The notes under the pieces: generated by a model
Told to the model about the DNA's origin: nothing
What the model saw: only the letters and a program-made list of their open reading frames with translations
The model's database searches: none
Shown here: piece after piece, positions 9,081-19,178 of the stretch
Position numbering within the stretch: the stretch's first letter is position 1
How the letters are laid out: every line of letters starts with the position of its first letter
Virus record (IMG/VR): IMGVR_UViG_3300035491_000281
DNA: 64,000 nucleotides
Direction: 5' to 3' (one strand)
DNA from: a virus
Lineage: Duplodnaviria; Caudoviricetes
Translations under genes and position numbers: made by a program

Positions 9081-9467
9081 ATGACCCAGACCCTCACAGC
9101 CCCAGCCCAGATCTTCGTCTACGACGTCGGTCAGGTGCTCGCTCTGCTCGAACCTCAGTTGGAGATCATCGAGACGGACTACCAGGGGCGGCGCTATAAC
9201 CAAGAACACCTCATCGATCTCTTTCTCACGCTGGCCGTAGACAGTTTCGAGATCGTTACTGTGCGGGAGTTTGATGAAGCCAGCCACCCGACCGCTTTGA
9301 CCAATACCCTCCGTCAACTGGGACGGGCGATCAGCCAGCTCTGGGACCTGCTCTGGTTCCCCCCGGATTGCTCCGGATGTGAGGTGCTGCTCAAACGGGT
9401 TCGGTCGACACTCTGGGTAGTGGTGTTTGATCCTCACCGCCTGCAACCTTTCACTCGACTTTATTAA
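9081..9467 (+). CDS. Hypothetical protein
   Basis: 128 aa, first gene of a tightly packed + strand cluster. Confidence 0.6.
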   Translation: MTQTLTAPAQIFVYDVGQVLALLEPQLEIIETDYQGRRYNQEHLIDLFLTLAVDSFEIVTVREFDEASHPTALTNTLRQLGRAISQLWDLLWFPPDCSGCEVLLKRVRSTLWVVVFDPHRLQPFTRLY

Positions 9468-9474
9468 GGTGTCA

Positions 9475-10470
9475 ATGTCCATGGAACAGAGTTTTATCGT
9501 GCTGGAGACCACAGGGTATCTCAATACCCTGATCGAGGCGTCACATGATTGCGCACGCGAAACGGTCACAGCCCTGAAACCGATTACCCGGCAAGTCTTT
9601 GTCGACGGCAAAGTCGAAATCACCTACGACGATGAGGAGATTCCGCTGGAGCCGATCAAACCGCTGAGCCGACCCCGGGCCATGAAGTTGCTGGCAGCGC
9701 TGGTGGAAGAATGCGTGAGTCAGTACGTGCGTTACCGCATGGCGCGGTCACCGCTACCGGCGATCGCTGCAGCCCTGCGCGACACCGTCACCCCTAGCGG
9801 TTACGACTACGTGGTGGCGGAGCATTTCCTCTGCATGCCGGAAGTCGACAGCATGGTCATTGAGATGACCCGGCAGATCGGGTTCCACGTTGCCGAAGAC
9901 ACCTGGCGGCAGTGGGACATTGCGGCCACCCCGTACATGATCGGCCTGATTGGCGGGCAGGACTACCGCATTGCTGAATGGGAGCGGGCACACGGAGTCG
10001 ATCCGGATGAGAACATGAAGCTCACCGTGGATATCAGTGCTGTGGTCAACTACCTGCATACTCAGCTCACCGGTCATTACGGCGAAGTCGCGCGGAAGAT
10101 TCCGCTGCGGGCGGTGGTGATGGACGCAATCCATCGCCGCTTCCCAAAGGTGGAGTTCCAGCCGTTCGAAGCCGTGCCGTTTGATCTGTTCGCCAGTCTG
10201 GGGATTGAGAGTTACGAGCTCTTCTACGAGAAATTCATCCATGAAGTCATGGATGCGTTTGGCGTGACCTTCCTCCTGACCCGAATCGATCGGACCATTC
10301 ATTACCGCGCCGAGATCACGGGTAATTTTACGCTGGTGTTCTATGCTTCAGAACGCCCGAAGAACGAAGAGGCCCTGTACTTTCATGAACTCAAACAGTC
10401 CATTGAACGTGGCGACTGGGTTCCTGAGCGCGAACGCCGCCGACTCGACGACTACGAACGCACCCACTAG
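9475..10470 (+). CDS. Hypothetical protein
   Basis: About 331 aa, AAGGTG SD, typical codon usage. Confidence 0.7.
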   Translation: MSMEQSFIVLETTGYLNTLIEASHDCARETVTALKPITRQVFVDGKVEITYDDEEIPLEPIKPLSRPRAMKLLAALVEECVSQYVRYRMARSPLPAIAAALRDTVTPSGYDYVVAEHFLCMPEVDSMVIEMTRQIGFHVAEDTWRQWDIAATPYMIGLIGGQDYRIAEWERAHGVDPDENMKLTVDISAVVNYLHTQLTGHYGEVARKIPLRAVVMDAIHRRFPKVEFQPFEAVPFDLFASLGIESYELFYEKFIHEVMDAFGVTFLLTRIDRTIHYRAEITGNFTLVFYASERPKNEEALYFHELKQSIERGDWVPERERRRLDDYERTH

Positions 10471-10537
10471 GGCGCTGTTCGTATTGGAGACGTGGCGCAT
10501 TCTGCAACGACACCCCGGTCTACTAGACCGGGGGTCT

Positions 10538-10888
10538 ATGCTCGGTGTACCCGAAACAGCTACCTGGGAACTACTGGCGACTTTGGCCGATATCCTGTCG
10601 GTCATGTCACCGCAGTCCGATGTTCCGGCCGATGCCCTGGACTGCATGCTCGACACCATCGGCTATCAGCAGGAACGTTATAAACAACCAGCGGACAATG
10701 TGGCCGAGGCTATGTGGCAGGTCCACACGGACGCCCTGTTGGAAACAGCACACTGCCTGCGTTTGCTGTTACCGCCGACGGCCTGTCGGTTGTACTACCA
10801 TCCCAGTCGCATCCCTGGAGTGATTCACCTTGAAGCCGATCTCTACCAATGGCGGTTACCTGACTTTGATACCGAAGCCTACGCTTAA
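10538..10888 (+). CDS. Hypothetical protein
   Basis: ATG 10538 directly after a CCCCGGTC/GACCGGGG hairpin. Confidence 0.5.
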   Translation: MLGVPETATWELLATLADILSVMSPQSDVPADALDCMLDTIGYQQERYKQPADNVAEAMWQVHTDALLETAHCLRLLLPPTACRLYYHPSRIPGVIHLEADLYQWRLPDFDTEAYA

Positions 10889-11336
10889 CGGTCTGTGGGT
10901 TGTGCTACTCCCGGAGATCTTGACTCCGGAGCTTCTGGAGTTGGGGCGTTGTTTGGGCATTCCGCGCACGGAAACCCTGCGCCTGGTGGTGGATGCCGCG
11001 GATTTCCTCCTGAGCGGTGGGCCACAGCATCCTCTGACACCACCACCCATTGATTCGGTGCTGGCCCCGTTAAAAGGGGTTAGTCCTGATCCTGTTCTAC
11101 TCCATCTAAACCGCGCCCGTCTTGACTGGCAGCACTTCTGCCAGGTCGGGGAGCCTGACCTATCGCGCTGTTGGCGACTACTTTACGATGGAGTAATTAC
11201 CACCGCCTGGCGTTTGGCACAAACCGCACCGCCGGGGTGCAAGGAAATCAGTTATGTCCAAACCTCCAAAGGACGTGACCTCTTCTTACGTATCCGACAA
11301 GAAGGAACAAGTCGTGAAAGCGTTGTTGGTTTTTAA
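10830..11336 (+). CDS. Hypothetical protein (start uncertain)
   Basis: Fills the gap in the cluster and overlaps its neighbours. Confidence 0.4.
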   Translation: MKPISTNGGYLTLIPKPTLNGLWVVLLPEILTPELLELGRCLGIPRTETLRLVVDAADFLLSGGPQHPLTPPPIDSVLAPLKGVSPDPVLLHLNRARLDWQHFCQVGEPDLSRCWRLLYDGVITTAWRLAQTAPPGCKEISYVQTSKGRDLFLRIRQEGTSRESVVGF

Positions 11337-11766
11337 CGCCCGCCCATTGCGGGACTATTACGAACCGGCGTTTGGCTATAATGCGATCAAGGCGGCGATT
11401 GAAGTCTTTCTAAGCTATCTGCTGTTTGCGGGGTTGAGGAAAAACACCGGCATGTGTGATAGCTTGACAGACTTCGCTTATCAGCATTACCTGGATCTGG
11501 TCGAGAACGGGCAGACCGGAAGCATCTTAGATGGCACCACCGGTGAGGTAATCGGCGGTGGGTGGTTTGAGCACTACATGGAAGTGCTGGATGTGCTGGA
11601 ACGCTTTTACCGGGAAGACATGCTAAGCGCGCTGCATGCCCTGCAGCAAGATTATTCCGTTGCGCACTTACGGCTGCATCGGATCACCCACTTTCTACTT
11701 GTAGTCGAGGCGACAGGGTTCTACCTGTTACCACCACCTCAGGGGGTTAGCGACCATGCGTGGTAG
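11254..11766 (+). CDS. Hypothetical protein (start uncertain)
   Basis: ORF in the coupled cluster. Confidence 0.55.
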   Translation: MSKPPKDVTSSYVSDKKEQVVKALLVFNARPLRDYYEPAFGYNAIKAAIEVFLSYLLFAGLRKNTGMCDSLTDFAYQHYLDLVENGQTGSILDGTTGEVIGGGWFEHYMEVLDVLERFYREDMLSALHALQQDYSVAHLRLHRITHFLLVVEATGFYLLPPPQGVSDHAW

Positions 11767-12214
11767 CTTGTTTGTTGAACGCCGCTTGTTTGAACCAGCC
11801 CTGCATCGGGTGGTCGATTGCCTGTTGGCCAACCTGGACCTGGTGGGCGTGCCGCCACCTAAGTGCCAGAGCTTCGACGAAGGCGGCATGCCGGGGTTTT
11901 TGATGACCCGCTGTTGGGAGGCATTCGCCTACTACCTGGAACAGGTCCACACCCGAGTGATGGGCGGGCCGAGCTTTGATTACCTCCTGCGTGAATACCT
12001 CATGGGTAACCATGTGGTGCCGCACCGCTACAGTGAGGTGTTGAATTTCATCGCCACCACGTTCGACCATGCCGCCCGCGAACTGAGTCCCAACCTTGCG
12101 AAGGTGGTGGACACCCTAGAGGAATACTGCGAAGAGATCTACGAGGTAACGCTCGAACCGATCGCTTCACGTAACCTCGCGTTGGTCGTGGTGGATTCAC
12201 AGCCTTATGGGTAA
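11756..12214 (+). CDS. Hypothetical protein
   Basis: Short overlaps with both neighbours suggest translational coupling. Confidence 0.6.
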   Translation: MRGSLFVERRLFEPALHRVVDCLLANLDLVGVPPPKCQSFDEGGMPGFLMTRCWEAFAYYLEQVHTRVMGGPSFDYLLREYLMGNHVVPHRYSEVLNFIATTFDHAARELSPNLAKVVDTLEEYCEEIYEVTLEPIASRNLALVVVDSQPYG

Positions 12215-12668
12215 CGCCAGCTACCGAAGCATCGTCGCCTTTGAACGGGACGTGGTGTACCATTACCTCGGAGGGATCTTTGATCGCGCCATCGCCGCCG
12301 ACTACAACCTCGACATGGTGTGGTTCACCTACGCTGAATACCTGCAGTTGGTTTACAGTGGGTATCAGATCACCGGTAAACCCAACGTGGTCGATCAGGA
12401 TGTGGCGGCGGAGTTGGCGTACATCTATCTCTACACGCTGGTCTCTCCCGGGGTTATGTGCCGACAGTTCCAGGCACTGACTAAACACTACGAGTTTGCA
12501 ATTTTGCAGGCGATGCGGGACATGCACCAACACCAGGCGTATCTGAGTCAGGTCTTTAACCATTGGGTCAATCCACCCGCCGACGGCAAACCTCTGATCG
12601 TGTTTGAGGGGGTGAGCATGATGTCTGGTGGTGAAAACCCAACCTACTCGATTCCACTGGCCCACTAA
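12207..12668 (+). CDS. Hypothetical protein
   Basis: Coupled ORF, Tyr-rich. Confidence 0.6.
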   Translation: MGNASYRSIVAFERDVVYHYLGGIFDRAIAADYNLDMVWFTYAEYLQLVYSGYQITGKPNVVDQDVAAELAYIYLYTLVSPGVMCRQFQALTKHYEFAILQAMRDMHQHQAYLSQVFNHWVNPPADGKPLIVFEGVSMMSGGENPTYSIPLAH

Positions 12669-12680
12669 CTTTGACCGGGA

Positions 12681-13052
12681 GTGGTTATGGCACACGCGTT
12701 GTATGTGCACGACATCCGGGACTTCGGCTACCTTGAGGTTCCCGGCCACCCCCTGTTTGGCATCGCGCTGTCACAAGCGTTGATTCACAATTACGTGGTA
12801 TACCACTGCAAATGGGGGCAGGGTAACTTTGACACTATGGAGGACACTGAAGCATACGTCGCCTCGATCATCGAAGGTATCGACGGGTTTGACCGGTTAT
12901 CAGAGCCGTACTGTGACCGACTTTTAAACGAGGCCATCGTTTACCTGTACCGCTTCATCGACCATGCCAATTCGATTCGAGGAGCGGTCACCCACTACCT
13001 GGATGTCTACCCGCCGCGTGAAAAACAACGTCGGGTTGCCTTGATAGTGTGA
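12681..13052 (+). CDS. Hypothetical protein
   Basis: GGGAG SD, coupled ORF. Confidence 0.6.
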   Translation: MVMAHALYVHDIRDFGYLEVPGHPLFGIALSQALIHNYVVYHCKWGQGNFDTMEDTEAYVASIIEGIDGFDRLSEPYCDRLLNEAIVYLYRFIDHANSIRGAVTHYLDVYPPREKQRRVALIV

Positions 13053-13101
13053 ACTATAATTACACCGCCTGCACTAACACCACCAAGGAAAACCCAAGCA
13101 A

Positions 13102-13461
13102 ATGCTGATCTCTCTTACGGCGGAGTTACCAACATTAGCGCAACTCATCCAGATGCTGCTGCATCACGAAACGTTGGATGTACCCTGTAGTCATTCTCTC
13201 CGTCGCCTCCTGATCAACCGGGCCCGTCGTTGGGTAGAGTTGGCCGCCCTGCCGGAATACATCGGCAGTGAGGACAGTCTTGAACTCGACGAACTCGACC
13301 CCTCGATCCGGACGCAGCTGGACTTGGTGTGTGACGAATTGGTTACCCAAGCTCTTCGGGTTGTCGATCAAATGGAACTGATCGCCGTGGTTCCTATCGA
13401 TGAGCGTGGCACTACCGTGGTACTTCTGACTCAGAACGGACTTAAGGAGTCTCAATCATGA
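13102..13461 (+). CDS. Hypothetical protein
   Basis: AAGGA SD, ATGA overlap with the next gene. Confidence 0.6.
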   Translation: MLISLTAELPTLAQLIQMLLHHETLDVPCSHSLRRLLINRARRWVELAALPEYIGSEDSLELDELDPSIRTQLDLVCDELVTQALRVVDQMELIAVVPIDERGTTVVLLTQNGLKESQS

Positions 13462-13874
13462 CCTCAATCTACGACATCCAAATCGGCCAGCGCTTCTCGT
13501 TCGAAGTCTACCCCAGCGCTATTCTGGGTAACAACTTCCAAGACGTTCGCCTGGAGGGTATTGTCAGTGCCCGGACAGCCGCCGCCTACGGCGTGGACAT
13601 CCAGGCGCTGCACGCCAATGTTTACCCAACTCTGCCGGCCGGCATGGCCCCCAACGATCCCTTCCAGTACCCCTACGTACGTATCCAATACCAGAATGGG
13701 GAATACGGTGTTATCGGTATCCCGTGGATTCGTCAGGAAAGCATCCAGATCTCCCAAGGGGGTCGCATCGTGCTGATGTTCAACGACAAGACCCAAACCG
13801 ACCTGGACCGCATGCTGTTGGCCCTGTCCTCGAACGGCTTCCGTCCCGACGATGTACAGATCCTGCAGAGCTGA
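13458..13874 (+). CDS. Conserved Chimalliviridae protein preceding the DNA polymerase gene (gp49-like)
   Basis: AAGGAG SD, strong codon bias, synteny. Confidence 0.6.
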   Translation: MTSIYDIQIGQRFSFEVYPSAILGNNFQDVRLEGIVSARTAAAYGVDIQALHANVYPTLPAGMAPNDPFQYPYVRIQYQNGEYGVIGIPWIRQESIQISQGGRIVLMFNDKTQTDLDRMLLALSSNGFRPDDVQILQS

Positions 13875-13932
13875 GTGAAAAATAACCAGCCTGCTCGATA
13901 ATGTAGTGTACTCGTTGACACTCGTCTCTTCG

Positions 13933-13959
13933 CCGCCCTTCGGGGCGGTTTCTTTTTTT
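13933..13959 (+). terminator. Intrinsic terminator
   Basis: CCGCCC-TTCG-GGGCGG followed by TTTCTTTTTTT. Confidence 0.75.
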
Positions 13960-14053
13960 GTCTAACCCCGTCCCACCCGGACGGGCGCTATGCCGCCAAC
14001 CCCGCGGGAAGGATTACCTAGGGGGGTAATGGGATAGAGAGCAAGGAGTACCC

Positions 14054-16219
14054 ATGGAAAATCCATTTATTCTGCCGAATGAGGCGTACGAACGCGACCT
14101 TAACGTGGTCGCGGCCTATCAGCACGACGCTGCCAAATACCTCGCCCTACGTACCGGACAGCCGATCGAGGTCTGTCTGGATTATGTCAGGCAGGTGACC
14201 CACCCCGGACAGCCCACCGGGTTCAAGGACCCCAAGGCACTGGTGCTAGTCAAGAACAAACAAGGCGACCGTGAAGCCACCACCATGTCCTTCATGCGGT
14301 TTTTGGGACGGGTCAACAAAGAAAAGTTACTCTTGTCGCCGAGCATGGCGGCATACCTGCCGGAGCAGTACCGACAGTCAACCCACGCCCAGTACATTGA
14401 AGAAGGGGTGAAAAACCGGAAGCGGGTGAAGGGGGAAATGTTCGACGCCGAACGCGATATGGCCGCGGCCATCGCCGCTGGCAACGACGCACTGGCGGCG
14501 CAGAAAAAAGAATTGGCGATGGTCAAGAAGGGTGAGCAGAACAACCTGAAGATCAACAACAACTCCTACTCTGGCGCCACGGTGTCGACTGCTACCATCC
14601 TTTATTACAAGTCGACCCACAGCTCGTTGACCTCGACCTGTCGTACTGCGACGTCCTATGCCAACGCCTCGAACGAGAAGTTCCTGGCCGGGAATCGGCA
14701 CTACTACGACCCAGAGATCACCAAGGCCAACCTGCTGGCGTTGATCAGTGCGGCCGATCTCGGTAAGGTCCAGCAGACCTGCGACACCTTCGGCCTGGTC
14801 TATCCCAGCGCAGACCAAGTCGTGGAAATGGTGCGCCACTCCAGCGATCTGTATTGGCAGGGCGAGACCCACCTGCAGGCGATTGCCCAGATGGCGGCGA
14901 ACATGACACCGGTTGAGCGGGCGGCGGTGGTCTACATCTCCGACCTCTACCACCTGCACAAGTTCAACCCGGAGTTCACTGTCAACTTCCTGATGGAACT
15001 GTCCCAACCAGGTGAGGCCTCGGCGGGGGTGTCCGAAGACGAGTTCAAAGCTTACGACGAGGATATCCGGCTGTTGGCCAACTTCATCAACTACGACGTG
15101 GTTGGTGGTCGCGACAAAAAGGCCTTGCTGGCCGAGGCGCCGGAGGTGTACGAACAGATCAAAGCCACCGCGCGCCGGGCGGTGGAAACGCTCAATCGCT
15201 ACCGTGGCTTGATCGAAGCCTTTTGGCTGACCCGCTCGGTGCCCAGTTCGGTGCATGCTTTCCCCAGCGCCTACCGGAAAGCGGCGGTGATCTCGGACAC
15301 TGACTCGACCATGTTCACCATGCAATACTGGGTGGAACAGTGCTTTGGCAATGTCAGCTTCTCGGCCCCGGCGAAACGAGTGGTGTTTGCGGTGGTGTTC
15401 CTGGTCAGTGAGATGGTGCTGCATATCCTCGCGATCCAGTCGGCCAACATGGGGGTGACCAAAAAGCTCCGTTTGCTGGCGATGAAGAACGAGTTCTACT
15501 TTGCGGTACTCTCGATGACCACCCGCTCCAAGCATTACTACGCGTCGCGAGATGCGCAGGAAGGCTTGATGAAGGCTCGCGCTGAGCTGGAAGTCAAAGG
15601 TGTGGGGCTGCGGGATTCAAAAGTTCCGAAGCGCATCAACGACACGGCCAAGGAAATGATGGAGGAGATCATCGCCACCATCAAAGCCGAGCAGGAATTG
15701 GATATGCGTGACATCCTCAAGCGTATCGCCGACATCGAACGCGAGATCATTGCCAGTATCAACAACGGTAGCTACGAGTACATGACCACCGGGCAGGTCA
15801 AGGCCAAGGAGTCGTACAAGAACGAAGATAACGCTACGTATCAACAGTACGAGATGTGGCGTGATGTCTTCGCTCCGTATCTGGGCATGACCAAAGAGCC
15901 GCCGTATTCGGTGGTGAAGGTCTCGTTGGCGGTGAATAACCGCACCGAGCTGGACGAGTGGTGTGTGCGGATGAACAACCCCTACCTGGCCAACAAACTC
16001 AAGGAGTGGATGCTGGCTAAGAAGCGTAAGGACCTCAGTACGTTGCTGATTCCTTACACGGTGGTGGAGACGTCGGGAATCCCGAAAGAAATCGTCGCCG
16101 GGGTGGATATCCGCAAAATTATCTTCAACACCATGGGGGTGTTCTACCTGATGCTGGAATCCTTGGGGATCTTCATGCAGGATAAGAAAATCACCCGCCT
16201 GATCTCGGACTACTACTAA
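14054..16219 (+). CDS. Family-B DNA polymerase, catalytic (DTDS) subunit of the split polymerase (phiKZ gp50-like)
   Basis: Motif B-like KINNNSYSG, motif C VISDTDSTMF, YYA...LEVKGVGL, AAGGAG SD. Confidence 0.85.
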   Translation: MENPFILPNEAYERDLNVVAAYQHDAAKYLALRTGQPIEVCLDYVRQVTHPGQPTGFKDPKALVLVKNKQGDREATTMSFMRFLGRVNKEKLLLSPSMAAYLPEQYRQSTHAQYIEEGVKNRKRVKGEMFDAERDMAAAIAAGNDALAAQKKELAMVKKGEQNNLKINNNSYSGATVSTATILYYKSTHSSLTSTCRTATSYANASNEKFLAGNRHYYDPEITKANLLALISAADLGKVQQTCDTFGLVYPSADQVVEMVRHSSDLYWQGETHLQAIAQMAANMTPVERAAVVYISDLYHLHKFNPEFTVNFLMELSQPGEASAGVSEDEFKAYDEDIRLLANFINYDVVGGRDKKALLAEAPEVYEQIKATARRAVETLNRYRGLIEAFWLTRSVPSSVHAFPSAYRKAAVISDTDSTMFTMQYWVEQCFGNVSFSAPAKRVVFAVVFLVSEMVLHILAIQSANMGVTKKLRLLAMKNEFYFAVLSMTTRSKHYYASRDAQEGLMKARAELEVKGVGLRDSKVPKRINDTAKEMMEEIIATIKAEQELDMRDILKRIADIEREIIASINNGSYEYMTTGQVKAKESYKNEDNATYQQYEMWRDVFAPYLGMTKEPPYSVVKVSLAVNNRTELDEWCVRMNNPYLANKLKEWMLAKKRKDLSTLLIPYTVVETSGIPKEIVAGVDIRKIIFNTMGVFYLMLESLGIFMQDKKITRLISDYY

Positions 16220-16394
16220 CCGTAAACGCCGGAGGGTAGCCTCCGGCGTATGGGGGTGTTATTAAACTACGCTTTCCCTTTGGTCCCACAACCTTAAAAC
16301 CGCAGGGTTGGACCGGCCAGTACCCGCTGTACCAGCGACTGCGGGCAGTCGGTAAGTCGACTGCGTTACGTTTACCTCAAGCACGAGAACAACA

Positions 16395-16769
16395 ATGACA
16401 GAGAAACTACCGAATCAACAAACCACCTGGGCGGGCCTGTCGACTCAGGTCACCGATTTTGCTGTTTGGCGCGACGCTCAAACCACCCAGTACGCCAGCC
16501 GCTCGGCGGAGCTACTGGGCTACCTGCTACACGAGATCAATGCCGAGAGCCAGGACTTGCTGTTGTCCGATACTCCAGCGGTATCGGTGCTGCAGGTTAC
16601 CGGTATCCGCCCTCGGTTGCTGGAGCTGTACTACGCCTACCTCAGTATCACCCTCACTGATGATACGGTCCCGGCCGAACGGCTGGTGCGCGGGTACCGA
16701 CTGAATCGCAACCTACATCCGGACTACATCAAACGCACGCGCTGTCTGCGTGACATCCCCGCTGTGTAA
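16395..16769 (+). CDS. Hypothetical protein
   Basis: 124 aa ORF with typical composition. Confidence 0.55.
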   Translation: MTEKLPNQQTTWAGLSTQVTDFAVWRDAQTTQYASRSAELLGYLLHEINAESQDLLLSDTPAVSVLQVTGIRPRLLELYYAYLSITLTDDTVPAERLVRGYRLNRNLHPDYIKRTRCLRDIPAV

Positions 16770-16787
16770 CAGCGGGCTTTATGCGCC

Positions 16788-17168
16788 ATGGAGGCACGTA
16801 TGTCTATTGTTCATCTCAAAGGGGCGATTTACGGATACCTCACGCGATCGCCCTGTAACCTCGATCCGAACAACACTCAGGCGGTGCGTAAAGTTTGCGT
16901 TGAGATTGAGGAAAGCAAGGTCAGCACCATTGTCCACGGGGCCGAGCACGACCAAACCTTCACCTGTGAGGGTGGCGAAGTCGAATACGAGGCGTGGGAC
17001 TACTTGGTGGCGATGCGGGTAAAGACCGAACAGGTCAAGCGCATTAAGGTCAACATCACACCGGATCTGTTTCAGGTGGTGACCGAAGACGCCACCGACC
17101 GACCCAGCAATGTCTTCAATTACGAACAGAACCCGACCTACGGGGTTTGTTTTCCAGACTACGCCTGA
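16788..17168 (+). CDS. Hypothetical protein
   Basis: 126 aa. The start may be the second Met after GGAGG. Confidence 0.6.
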   Translation: MEARMSIVHLKGAIYGYLTRSPCNLDPNNTQAVRKVCVEIEESKVSTIVHGAEHDQTFTCEGGEVEYEAWDYLVAMRVKTEQVKRIKVNITPDLFQVVTEDATDRPSNVFNYEQNPTYGVCFPDYA

Positions 17169-17201
17169 CGGCATAACGGAGGCCCCACTGGGGCCTCCGG
17201 C

Positions 17202-18455
17202 TTATGTCCACCCTTGTTTTTTCTCTTCCAGCAGGGCCACTAGGCCCCGCAACTGCTGCCGGTAGTGCTTGACTATCTCTGGCGAACCTACGCCAGCAAA
17301 GACCTGATCATACCCGGCTTCCATCAGCGAGGTGTAGAGCTCGTTCAGGTACTGCCGATCGCCCCGCTCCCCACGTACGGCGGTTTCGATCAAGTAACGC
17401 ACGTAGGGCAGTCGGGCGAGTTGCAGTGCCCACTCGTTGGCCCGCGTCACTGGGTCCTTCGGTAGCCGGAGAACGTCCCAGAGCCGGTCTTGCACCAGCA
17501 TGGGGGTGGTGGCCACCACCTGTTCTAAATCATCGCTACGGCGCTCCTGGCTGGCCAGGATCTTCTGACAGAGCAGGTCTACCCGCCCAGAGAAATCCGT
17601 CAGGTAAAACGGATGCGGTGTGGGAAAGCGACTCATGCCGATACCCTGTGCTTGTCGCGCTAGCCGATTGAACATCGCGATGTCCAGATAGCTGTCAATG
17701 GTGTTGGGTAACACCACCCCGCCAATAAAGCGGTACACGCTTTCTTTCTGCTCGAAGCGTTCCTTCTGTTGCTGTAACCAGTAACGGTACTGCAGGGCGA
17801 GCATCGGAATGTCCAGCACCGCCACCCCATAACCTTTCCCGGGTGTGGTGTTGTTGGGGATCGGCATACCCAGATCGGTGCGGGTGTGGTACAGGTAACG
17901 ATAGGCCGCCCAGTTGCGCCAATCCCGTTTGGCATTGTTAACGTCCACCACCCCGTAGGAGACTAGCACCACCTCATCGGTTTTACTGCCTAGGGTCACC
18001 CCACCTTCGTGCACCTTCCCGCGGTAGGTACTGGAGGTGAGACCAAACGCCCGCGCCACCCCCTGTGCGGTGTCTTCTACGAAACGCAAATACCGGCGGT
18101 CGTCGAGATCAGTCCGTTGGGGTATATGGAGCAGCAGATTACCCAACAGGTTGTCCGCATCCACCCGCTTAGGAAAGCGGCGGTAGTACGCCTTCACGTC
18201 GTCCAGCTGTTGGGCAAACGACCGACGCAGGTACGGCAATTCTGGAAAGGTCAGTTCGCCGGTAAACCGTCGGGCCGGCTGACGAAACAGATCGTACATG
18301 TGGGGTACCTGCAATACAAAGGGAATGAGATCTATATTATCGGTTTGGTATCTGTCCCCCACTACTCTATTAAAGGAGAGTCCCATGGAGAATGTTACCT
18401 TAACGCAAGTGCGCGAAGCGATCCAGCATATGCAGGCGGTCGAGCGCGCCCTCAT
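17202..18455 (-). CDS. Conserved phiKZ-like protein upstream of chimallin (gp52-like; true start probably internal, near 18300-18390)
   Basis: Long minus-strand ORF in the syntenic position. Confidence 0.6.
   Translation of the reverse strand: MRARSTACICWIASRTCVKVTFSMGLSFNRVVGDRYQTDNIDLIPFVLQVPHMYDLFRQPARRFTGELTFPELPYLRRSFAQQLDDVKAYYRRFPKRVDADNLLGNLLLHIPQRTDLDDRRYLRFVEDTAQGVARAFGLTSSTYRGKVHEGGVTLGSKTDEVVLVSYGVVDVNNAKRDWRNWAAYRYLYHTRTDLGMPIPNNTTPGKGYGVAVLDIPMLALQYRYWLQQQKERFEQKESVYRFIGGVVLPNTIDSYLDIAMFNRLARQAQGIGMSRFPTPHPFYLTDFSGRVDLLCQKILASQERRSDDLEQVVATTPMLVQDRLWDVLRLPKDPVTRANEWALQLARLPYVRYLIETAVRGERGDRQYLNELYTSLMEAGYDQVFAGVGSPEIVKHYRQQLRGLVALLEEKKQGWT
18327..18340 (+). promoter_or_regulatory. 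Putative early promoter GAGATCTATATTAT
   Basis: Copy of the recurrent motif, 45 nt upstream of ATG 18385. Confidence 0.55.
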
Positions 18456-18951
18456 GTTGGGTGTCCATCAACCGGTGGCTGGCTTTAATGCCAACGACCT
18501 ACTCAAAGACCACCGTAAGGAAGACAAGCGCTGGGAGGTTACCCAGGAGCCGCCGCAGTTGGTGGCACAGCTGTCCTGGCGGGAAGACGGCGAGCCGGCC
18601 AGTATTGCCGGCATGCCCAAGCTGCCGCGCTTGAAGACACTCTTCCATGAGAAGGACGAAACCCTGTCGACCTTTGTTGGGCGGGTGGCTGACTTCATCC
18701 GCACGTTGGAAGACCAGCAGTCGGTGCTGTTGAACTTCGGTATCCACTACCAGCGGCGCAGCGCCCACCTCTCGGTGGTCGACGCCGAAGCCATTGTCAA
18801 TACCCGTCCCTTGACCCTGGACGAACGCAAAGAGATTTACGCAGCGACCGCTACCCAACCGGCCGACTTCAGTCAGCTGGACGACGAACAAGCTCACGCC
18901 GTGTTGGATGCCGCCGGCATTCCCACCCATGGGCCGAACACTGAGAAATAA
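18385..18951 (+). CDS. Hypothetical protein
   Basis: ATG 18385 with AAGGAG SD. Confidence 0.65.
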   Translation: MENVTLTQVREAIQHMQAVERALMLGVHQPVAGFNANDLLKDHRKEDKRWEVTQEPPQLVAQLSWREDGEPASIAGMPKLPRLKTLFHEKDETLSTFVGRVADFIRTLEDQQSVLLNFGIHYQRRSAHLSVVDAEAIVNTRPLTLDERKEIYAATATQPADFSQLDDEQAHAVLDAAGIPTHGPNTEK

Positions 18952-19178
18952 CTAAAACTTTTACTCAGTGTGTAATAGTATAGCGAGGGTATACATCCTC
19001 ACAACTCGATGCCGCGACATCGGGTCCGTCCCCTATGCCCGTATGTTCAAGCAGGTGGGTTTCCGGTTGATTGAAAAAAACTTGAAAACCATATCACTTG
19101 GGTGAGCATGCATCGAGCATTGCACCAATGAGATCGCGCGAATCTCACAACCACCATCACTGTAAAAGGTATTGAAAG

